From: Candidatus Poribacteria bacterium
GTDB lineage: Bacteria; Poribacteria; WGA-4E; PCPOR2b
Length of the DNA: 64,000 nt
Assembly: GCA_965208325.1 (NCBI GenBank)
Contig: OZ242326.1
Span: forward strand, 256,001 to 320,000
Reading direction: 5' to 3'
Shown here: positions 56,737 to 64,000 of the stretch, piece by piece
Position numbering within the stretch: the first letter of the stretch is position 1
Layout: every line of letters starts with the position of its first letter
Position numbers and translations under genes: made by a program
The notes under the pieces: generated by a model
Seen by the model: only the letters and a program-made list of their open reading frames with translations
Database searches by the model: none
Told to the model about the DNA's origin: nothing

Positions 56737-58242
56737 CTACAAATTGTATAGCTCTCCGTACTTTGTCCGCAGATAGCGAATATACGGCGCAATACTCAAC
56801 GTTCTGCCGGTAACTCGTTCGATAAGTTCAGGTGCGGCGTATTTTCGTCCGTGTTGGTATATGTTATCCCTAAGCCAACCATACAGGGTGCCAAACTCCG
56901 CAGCTTCGATTTGGTTCGTAATTTGCGGATGCGCATTCAAGGCGGTTTCGAAAAACTGCGCGCCCAGTATGTTTCCGAGTGTGTAACCTTGGAAATTACC
57001 GCCAATGACATCACAGAACCAATGTACATCTTGCAGCACGCCATCTCGGTCATCGGGTGGAACAATGCCCAGGTCAGCTTTGAATCGCTCTCGCCACGCC
57101 TCATGGAGATCGCGCACTTTCAGATTTCCCTCAAGTAAATCTAGCTCAAGGTCGAAGCGCATCATGACATGTAGGTTGTAGGTTACCTCGTCGGCATCTG
57201 TGCGGATAAGCGATCGCGTAACCTTGTTAATTGCACGGTAAAACGTCTCTAACGGCGTATGGTTGAGTTGTTGCGGGTATATTAGTTGAAGTTTGGGATA
57301 GAAAAACTTCCAGAAGTTTCTGCTGCGCCCAACGATATTCTCCCAAAGGCGAGATTGGCTTTCATGCACGCTTGCAGATGTTCCTCGCGCAAGCGGCGTA
57401 CCTTCAAGTTCCATTCCGATGCCTTGTTCATATAGCGCATGTCCCGCCTCGTGCATCGTGCTGAAAAGTGCTTCGCTCAGGTCATTTTCTCGAACCCTAG
57501 TCGTAATGCGGACATCACCTAGCGAGAATTTAGTCATAAATGGATGATGGGTTTTGTCTTGCCGTCCACGATTGAAGTCATATCCAAGTCGTTTGATGAC
57601 CTCAACGCCGAAATCTATTTGCTGCGGTTCAGGGTAGATTTGGCGCAAGCATGAATCATCTGCAGCAGGTTGACTCGTAATCGCCGTTACCATGGGTACA
57701 AGCTCCGCTCGCAACTCTGCAAATATGGTACGCACAATTGAAGCTTTCATGCCGCTATCTGCAAAGTCGATTAATGGGTCGGAGATGTGCTCGTACCCAG
57801 GGAAAAAGTCAGCCAATTGGCGGCTTAAATCCAGTGTTTTTTCAAGGTATGGTTGCACCGCGGTGAAATCATTTGCTGGTCTAGCCTTGGTCCATGCCTG
57901 ATAAGATTCAGACCCGTGGCTTGAGAGTTCAGCCACGAACGTCGGCGGTACTTTTATCGCTCGCTCATAGTCACACCGGGTAACGCGGATGAGACTTGCA
58001 TCGTCCGAATCATACGGTAAACTGTTTTCGGAGGACTGCAACTCTTCTAGTAATTGCCCTATTTTTGGGTCAATGAACTTCTCGTGTGCAAGGCGGCCAA
58101 GTGTAGCAATCTGGCGGGCTCGAGCATCGTCGCCGCGCGGCGGCATATAGGTTGATTGATCCCAATGAAGCAACGCGGCGGCAGAATTAAGATCGTTAAT
58201 TTCTGTCAGGTGGCATTTGAGTTTTTGTAGCTTGGATTCCAA
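56737..58242 (-). CDS. Carboxypeptidase Taq (M32)
   Basis: HPF, DVRITTR, HEAGHALYEQ, HESQS, IRTDADE, GVLQDVHW. Confidence 0.95.
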   Translation of the reverse strand: MESKLQKLKCHLTEINDLNSAAALLHWDQSTYMPPRGDDARARQIATLGRLAHEKFIDPKIGQLLEELQSSENSLPYDSDDASLIRVTRCDYERAIKVPPTFVAELSSHGSESYQAWTKARPANDFTAVQPYLEKTLDLSRQLADFFPGYEHISDPLIDFADSGMKASIVRTIFAELRAELVPMVTAITSQPAADDSCLRQIYPEPQQIDFGVEVIKRLGYDFNRGRQDKTHHPFMTKFSLGDVRITTRVRENDLSEALFSTMHEAGHALYEQGIGMELEGTPLARGTSASVHESQSRLWENIVGRSRNFWKFFYPKLQLIYPQQLNHTPLETFYRAINKVTRSLIRTDADEVTYNLHVMMRFDLELDLLEGNLKVRDLHEAWRERFKADLGIVPPDDRDGVLQDVHWFCDVIGGNFQGYTLGNILGAQFFETALNAHPQITNQIEAAEFGTLYGWLRDNIYQHGRKYAAPELIERVTGRTLSIAPYIRYLRTKYGELYNL

Positions 58243-58289
58243 GAATTTTGCCCCTCGCTAGGTTAGCGTTGTTGGGCTTCGGAATATAT

Positions 58290-59105
58290 TCAACCGATTC
58301 GTTCCGGGCAGCTATAGACTGTCATGTTTTTATCCCGCATGAAACCGATTAACATCATTCCACTCCCTCTCGCCAAGTCTACCGCCAAACTTGACGCTGC
58401 AGAAACCGCCGTGATTACTGGAATGCGGGCAAACAACGCTTTCTGGATAATCTCGAAACTTGCGCGGCCGCTCACCATAAGGATGTGCCTATCTAAAGGG
58501 ATTTGTTCGCTCAACAACGCTTGCCCAATTACCTTGTCTACTGCATTATGTCGACCAATATCTTCACGCGCAATTTGAAGCTCTCCTTGTGAATTAAACA
58601 GACCAGCAGCATGGAGCCCTCCCGTTTCAGCAAAAACAGTTTGGGCAGATTTGAGTTGTTCATTCAGTTTGTACAAGACAGTCCGTTCTATCTGAAACGA
58701 TGATTTAATCGGTGGAATTTCTTGCCAAACCGATTCAATAGTCATTTTGCCGCACAATCCGCAACTAGCGTTTGCATGAAAGTTGCGCTGCCAACTAGCC
58801 TCCTCGTCGAATACTTTCCCATCAACAAGATGTATATTTATGACGTTCCCCAGATTCGTCGCTCCCACATCCTCGCAGTATGCCATTGCCCCGATATCAT
58901 CGGCAGACTGGATTAGTCCTTCTGTGAATAAGAAACCTGCGCCCAGTTCGAAGTCATGCCCCGGCGTACGCATTACGACAATTAAGCTTTGATTCGCAAC
59001 GCGAATCTCAAGAGGTTCCTCTACGACCAATTGATCGTTGACCGAATTAGATTGAGAGTTACGCCAGCGTGTGACCAGTTCCGTTGTCGTTGGTTGTTGG
59101 CTCAT
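58290..59105 (-). CDS. fdhD: Formate dehydrogenase accessory sulfurtransferase
   Basis: EEPLEI, MRTPG, GFLFTEG, SCGLCG, TGGLHAA, EDIGRHNAVDK. Confidence 0.95.
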   Translation of the reverse strand: MSQQPTTTELVTRWRNSQSNSVNDQLVVEEPLEIRVANQSLIVVMRTPGHDFELGAGFLFTEGLIQSADDIGAMAYCEDVGATNLGNVINIHLVDGKVFDEEASWQRNFHANASCGLCGKMTIESVWQEIPPIKSSFQIERTVLYKLNEQLKSAQTVFAETGGLHAAGLFNSQGELQIAREDIGRHNAVDKVIGQALLSEQIPLDRHILMVSGRASFEIIQKALFARIPVITAVSAASSLAVDLARGSGMMLIGFMRDKNMTVYSCPERIG

Positions 59106-59325
59106 GAATGGATTATTTTGGATTGGACAAGTGCCAATTGGCTAAACCTGAGCGGCTGTTTTACGGTGTTAATTTACATATATCCATCTAAATCATCGGA
59201 CACATTCACTGTACACGTTGAAAACGTGGGAGGACTGCCAAAGCACTGTACGCTAAACGTACCGGCATATTCTAGCACAACATTAATTTCCCGTCAACGG
59301 CGTATGTCTTCGATATGAAATGGAC

Positions 59326-59354
59326 TTGACAGGCAAATGCTCGCTTCATATAAT
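59326..59354 (+). promoter_or_regulatory. Consensus sigma70 promoter for lpdA
   Basis: TTGACA-17 bp-TATAAT, exact consensus. Confidence 0.8.
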
Positions 59355-59397
59355 AACCGATGCGTAGCGAATTTTATCTTCTCAATGGGAGGGAAGG

Positions 59398-60783
59398 ATG
59401 TCTTCATATAATGTTGCAATAATTGGCGGCGGCCCTGGAGGCTATGTTGCGGCAATCAAAGCGGCCCAATTAGGGGCAAAGGTTTGTCTGATTGAGAAGG
59501 GAGAGTTAGGCGGTACCTGTTTAAATCGAGGATGTATCCCAACCAAAACATTATTCGCTGTTGCTAATTTAGCAACGCAGGTACGGGGCGCTGCCGGATT
59601 TGGCCTTAATATTCAAAGTGCAGAGGTCGATTATACGCAAGTATTAGTGCACAAAAACACCACAGTCAAGCAATTGGCGGAAGGCATCTCAAAATTACTA
59701 AAAGGTAACGATGTTCATACAATCAATGGAATAGGGTCGCTCACTAGCAGGAATACGATTGAAGTGGTAAAGTCGGACGGTACACGGATTGAGATTGTGG
59801 CGGAGAAAATTATCATTGCTACAGGCTCGGAGCCCGCAAATTTCCCAGTGTTTGAGATTGATGAACGGCAAGTATTTACCACAACAGGAGGGCTTGAACT
59901 CAATGAGCTCCCCTCCAGCATAATTATCATAGGCGGCGGCGTGTCCGGCTGTGAATTCGCGTCAATTTTCAACGGACTTGGCTGTAAAGTAACTATTCTT
60001 GAGCTGCTGCCGACTATCCTGGCAACCGAAGATAAACAGGTTGTACGACAACTTCGAGTTTTCATGAAACGGAAGGGTATCGACATTCATACAGATGCTA
60101 ATGTGACGAGAGTAGAAAAATGTGAAAATGGGGTTACGGCAACGATGGAGTCGGGAGAGAAGATTAGCGCGCAAAGAATGCTAGTTTCAATTGGTAGAAC
60201 GCTCAACTCGGACAGTATCGGATTGGAAGCGGTGGGGATTCGTAAAAGTGCTGCGGGAAAGATTATTGTCAACGAAAAGATGGAAACGAACGTGCCCGGT
60301 ATTTATGCGGTTGGCGATGTCGCAAGCCGGTATCTTTTGGCACACGTCGCATCGGCGGAAGGCATCGTTGCAGCGCAGAATTGCATGGGTGAGAACGTTA
60401 GGATGGATTACAGTACCGTGCCGTGGTGTGTTTTCACCATACCTGAACTTGCTAGAGTAGGTATGACGGAGGAAGAGGCGGTCGGCGAGGGTTATAAAAT
60501 CAAAATCGGAAGATTTCCATATGCGGCAAGCGGGAAAGCGTTGGGCATGCGAGAAACAGAGGGATTCGTCAAAGTCATTTCCGATTCAGAATCCGGCGAC
60601 ATACTTGGCGTACACATACTTGGGGCAAATGCTTCAGACCTAATCCATGAAGCGGTTGTTGCTATTCGGCTAGGTGCATCAGTTGCGGACCTCGCTCACA
60701 CAATTCACGCACATCCGACCCTTGCCGAAGCCGTAATGGAATCGGCTGAAGCCGCACACAATCGTGCAATTCACATGTTGTAA
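59398..60783 (+). CDS. lpdA: Dihydrolipoyl dehydrogenase
   Basis: GGGPGGY, GGTCLNRGCIP, ATGS, YAVGD, HAHPTLAE. Confidence 0.95.
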   Translation: MSSYNVAIIGGGPGGYVAAIKAAQLGAKVCLIEKGELGGTCLNRGCIPTKTLFAVANLATQVRGAAGFGLNIQSAEVDYTQVLVHKNTTVKQLAEGISKLLKGNDVHTINGIGSLTSRNTIEVVKSDGTRIEIVAEKIIIATGSEPANFPVFEIDERQVFTTTGGLELNELPSSIIIIGGGVSGCEFASIFNGLGCKVTILELLPTILATEDKQVVRQLRVFMKRKGIDIHTDANVTRVEKCENGVTATMESGEKISAQRMLVSIGRTLNSDSIGLEAVGIRKSAAGKIIVNEKMETNVPGIYAVGDVASRYLLAHVASAEGIVAAQNCMGENVRMDYSTVPWCVFTIPELARVGMTEEEAVGEGYKIKIGRFPYAASGKALGMRETEGFVKVISDSESGDILGVHILGANASDLIHEAVVAIRLGASVADLAHTIHAHPTLAEAVMESAEAAHNRAIHML

Positions 60784-60884
60784 ATGGCGATTTTAAACTC
60801 GCGGCAGATGAACCGGCTTTAGTTTCCTCGAATTTCCGAAAAATAATGCGGCCGCAACTAACTCATTTTCCAATTCCAATTGTG

Positions 60885-61292
60885 ATGGAAATTGTCAGAG
60901 CAGAGCTCACCGATGTCGAAATACTCGCTGAACTAAACAAACGTCTTATTAAGGACGAACATCACCCAAATTCAATGAGCATAATTCAGCTTATTCAACG
61001 AATGAAAACATGGTTAGAGGAGGAATACGTTTGCTATTTGGCGAAAGAAAATGGAAGCATTATAGCGTACTGCATGTATAAAGATGAAGGCAAATATTAC
61101 TACATGAGGCAGTTGTTCGTAGACAGAGAACATCGCCGAAAAGGAATCGCTACTAGGTTTCTCAATTGGTTGTACGAAAATATTTGGACGGATAAGAAAG
61201 TCAGACTGGACGTATTAGCTCACAACGAAGATGCTGTAGCATTCTACAAAAAATATGGTTTTAAAATCGGTGTTTTCAGAATGGAAAAATGA
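60885..61292 (+). CDS. GNAT family acetyltransferase
   Basis: LFVDREHRRKGIAT, N..AVAFYKKYGF; start at ATG 60885 inferred. Confidence 0.85.
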   Translation: MEIVRAELTDVEILAELNKRLIKDEHHPNSMSIIQLIQRMKTWLEEEYVCYLAKENGSIIAYCMYKDEGKYYYMRQLFVDREHRRKGIATRFLNWLYENIWTDKKVRLDVLAHNEDAVAFYKKYGFKIGVFRMEK

Positions 61293-61385
61293 GGTGTGGA
61301 AAATCAGAAATGCTGCATTAACTAAGCGGCGATTTGCAAAATTTGATTGCAATAGACATCTTTCCAAAATAATATCACCGCCCGA

Positions 61386-61520
61386 TAGCCCCAGAAGGGT
61401 GACAGGTATATAGAAATCACTGTTACACATCAACATCTAGCCCCAGCGGGGCGGCAGGTGTAAAACGACTACCCTCACATTGGGCTAATACGCTGTAGGG
61501 GCAAGCCTTGTGATTGCCCT
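61386..61520. repeat. Short direct repeats plus a GTAG REP-like palindrome
   Basis: TAGCCCCAG..GGG..RCAGGT at 61386 and 61438; TGTAGGGGCAAGCCTTGTGATTGCCCT at 61494. Confidence 0.6.
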
Positions 61521-61651
61521 TAACGCTTCGGTTTTGTCATCCACATTGAGTAAATTAAGAAAGATGTCTAATGGGATGAATTATACCTCTAAACCGCGGT
61601 AAAAATCGTCATTGGGATTTATTATCTACGATCGGAAGGGACCAATATCAA

Positions 61652-62341
61652 TTGAATAAAAAGGCTGTAGTCCTGTTGAGCGGCGGGGTAGATTCAACCA
61701 CGACGCTCGCCATTGCTCAATCCCAAGGTTACGAAGTGTGGGCTATGAGTTTTCGTTATGGCCAACGGCACGCCCTAGAACTTGACCGGGCGCGGGATAT
61801 CGCTGCATCGATGAAGGCGAAAAAACACATCATTGTAGATATCGATCTGCGGGCATTTGGCGGTTCCGCTTTGACCGATGAGATTGATGTACCGAAGGAC
61901 CGATTCGAAGACGAAATCGGCGACGGAATTCCTATCACATACGTTCCCGGTAGAAACACAATATTTTTGTCGTTTGCAATGGCGTGGGCAGAGACTTTGG
62001 AAATTGATACCATTTTCATTGGCGTTAATGCCCTCGACTACTCGGGATACCCAGATTGCCGGCCGGAGTTCATTGAAGCCTATCAGCGAATGGCAAACAT
62101 GGCGACAAAGGCTGGGGTCGAGGGCAAAACGGAACTTAAGATTCTGACGCCCTTAATTTCAATGACGAAAGCGGAGATTATACAAAAGGGATCTGAATTG
62201 GGCGTTGACTACGGATTAACCCTTAGCTGTTACGATCCAGATGATTTTGGCAGAGCATGCGGATTGTGTGACAGTTGTTTTTTAAGGAAGAAGGGATTTG
62301 CTGAAGCCGGGGTTATTGATGGAATTACATATCTGTCATAA
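61652..62341 (+). CDS. queC: 7-cyano-7-deazaguanine synthase
   Basis: [38 protein letters not shown]. Confidence 0.96.
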   Translation: MNKKAVVLLSGGVDSTTTLAIAQSQGYEVWAMSFRYGQRHALELDRARDIAASMKAKKHIIVDIDLRAFGGSALTDEIDVPKDRFEDEIGDGIPITYVPGRNTIFLSFAMAWAETLEIDTIFIGVNALDYSGYPDCRPEFIEAYQRMANMATKAGVEGKTELKILTPLISMTKAEIIQKGSELGVDYGLTLSCYDPDDFGRACGLCDSCFLRKKGFAEAGVIDGITYLS

Positions 62342-62451
62342 ACCGGTTATGCATTGTTTTCGGCAAGTTGTTTGAATGTTGGGATAGTGCGTGGGAGATG
62401 TCGCCTTTCTAAACAATCTTTGACTAGGGCGTGTGCATCAATTAGATTACT

Positions 62452-63903
62452 TCAGCAGGTATTACTTTTGTCGATGTACGCTCTTAAACGTGCAATCGCA
62501 CGTCCGCTGTCGATTGCTTCCTTGGTTTGTTCAATTGCTTCCTGAGGGTCGGGGAAAAACCCCAGCAGATAGTCTGCAATCGCTGAATTGAGCAAAATTC
62601 GGTCGTACACATGTCCCTTCTGACCGGATAAAGCTGCTACTCCAGCTTCGGCAAACGCTTCGGCGCTCACTGATTCCAATCTAGGGTTTTTTTCGTAATG
62701 GAACCCGTATGATTCCGGATTTATGTCCAGTGCAAATTCCTGCTTGCCGCCGTCTACACGCTTAAAACCCTGCGTATAATTAATCGCTTTCCGGTCTGCA
62801 ACAGAGGGTTTGCCAAGGCGCATTGCGTAATGGCTTGTGCCCTCCTCTCCCTTTGTCACCAGTCCGGAATTGAACCCGCGTTCCCGCATCAACTGGAGCA
62901 GAGGTTCCTCGTAACCGGGATGGTAATAGCCAACAATCATATGGTTTGAGTTTGCGGTAAATAACTGTTGCGCTTTTTCGGTCGCCGCCCAAGGCGGGCG
63001 TTTTTTGATGTGCATACGCAATTCACGAATAGCGTAAGCTCCGGGCGAATATTCCCTCTGACTAACATAAGCAAACCCAACCGCTGAATCTTCAATTAAA
63101 TTTGCAGCTTTCTCAAGTGGGAGATTTGTGCGAGCGCCGAGCGTCTTCAGTATTTGCTCTTCCGTTATCCCGAGTTTCGGGGGCATTTCATCTACCCCGT
63201 GCAGAATTGACGCTTCGCCAAGCGCGGCACGCACGGCTGCAATAAACACTGTTGGTCTAAAATACCGCGTGGAACCATCATACGGCTCGCCAAAATGCGT
63301 CAGTGAATTGACGGAGACATGACGGACCTGCTCAGGGGCGAAGACTGAATCCATATAACCGCGCACTTCGTCGTAGGTTTCACGGTTCATACGTTGGCCG
63401 ATAAGGGCAGCGCCTTTCAATGCCGCTTTTACTTGCCCGTTCAAAATCGCTTCGCCCATTGACCGCGTTTCTTCCGAGGTCAGATGTTCACCCCTCAAAA
63501 TTTTGTCAAGGGATTTTTTGACAATTTCCTCTTGCGGGTTTGCGGCTCGATATCCGAGATTTGGATCCAAGATAAACCTAATATCGGGGGGAAGGCAGGA
63601 ATAGAGGTCTGTCTGGAATTTCTCAAATGCTGAGACTTCTGCTTCACTCCATTGCGTTTCCTTTGGAAAGTAGTTTCGGATTGTCATTGCAGCAAAAAAA
63701 GCGCCCATTTGAGCTTCTGAAACCATATCTTCCCGAGAAATCTCTCCCCGCACAGATTTCAAAATCGTACCAAATGTCATTTCGGGCTGGATTGAATCCG
63801 TCGCACTTATTCCTAGAGGACGAGTCTGGTGAGGCCCGGTGCATACTCGCGCTTGCGCTTCTAACACATCTTTATTGGGGCCCGGATATTGCCTTTGATG
63901 CAC
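62452..63903 (-). CDS. Anthranilate phosphoribosyltransferase-like (TrpD2/YbiB-related) protein
   Basis: GAFFAAM, LIGQRMNRET, HFGEPYDG, PPKLG, KKRPP.A..EK, KGEEG; GTG 63903 after GGAG. Confidence 0.8.
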   Translation of the reverse strand: MHQRQYPGPNKDVLEAQARVCTGPHQTRPLGISATDSIQPEMTFGTILKSVRGEISREDMVSEAQMGAFFAAMTIRNYFPKETQWSEAEVSAFEKFQTDLYSCLPPDIRFILDPNLGYRAANPQEEIVKKSLDKILRGEHLTSEETRSMGEAILNGQVKAALKGAALIGQRMNRETYDEVRGYMDSVFAPEQVRHVSVNSLTHFGEPYDGSTRYFRPTVFIAAVRAALGEASILHGVDEMPPKLGITEEQILKTLGARTNLPLEKAANLIEDSAVGFAYVSQREYSPGAYAIRELRMHIKKRPPWAATEKAQQLFTANSNHMIVGYYHPGYEEPLLQLMRERGFNSGLVTKGEEGTSHYAMRLGKPSVADRKAINYTQGFKRVDGGKQEFALDINPESYGFHYEKNPRLESVSAEAFAEAGVAALSGQKGHVYDRILLNSAIADYLLGFFPDPQEAIEQTKEAIDSGRAIARLRAYIDKSNTC

Positions 63904-64000
63904 GTTTTCTCTCCGTTCGCCATGAAAGCCGGGCAAGATGCTCGGTTAACAATGATTGCTGAGTCGGAAAATTCCGTTTGTGTTCTTGAGAATCGGTCAA

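Noticed and set aside
61520..61652. preQ1 riboswitch upstream of queC
   Set aside because: No recognisable preQ1 stem-loop with A-rich tail; only REP-like repeats nearby

Overview
A gene-dense bacterial chromosomal window with about 50 CDSs. I found no rRNA, tRNA, CRISPR array or intact transposase. Several protein signatures suggest Candidatus Poribacteria or a close relative (inference): an FlgD/T9SS-like NYPNPF..AAYWDG C-terminal domain, a C-terminal V.P...LATxWGxLK tag, a DUF6785-type membrane protein, a CRTAC1/TPR pair, and GTAG REP-like and heptamer repeats. Most of the window is housekeeping or metabolic: yicC-gmk, pckG, mnmA, ftsZ, fdhD, lpdA, queC, peptidases and a sulfite reductase-TusA fusion. 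The main accessory region is a ~4.4 kb minus-strand toxin-antitoxin island (22.1-26.5 kb). Four antitoxin-type ORFs remain open there while their toxins are deleted or pseudogenised. The only intact toxin, VapC, is paired with a HEPN/AbiU2-like protein carrying a VapB/DUF2281-type antitoxin tail. Other notable items are a GlmU-like nucleotidyltransferase fused to a DUF89/ARMT1 phosphatase domain, a partial Nmad3 gene missed by the ORF track, a RegB-like kinase paired with a GAFTGA-less NtrC-type regulator, a zinc-finger-less ClpX-like ATPase, a plant-type TrpD-like protein, and a tandemly duplicated REPIN-like element. All family assignments come from recalled motifs; no searches were run.
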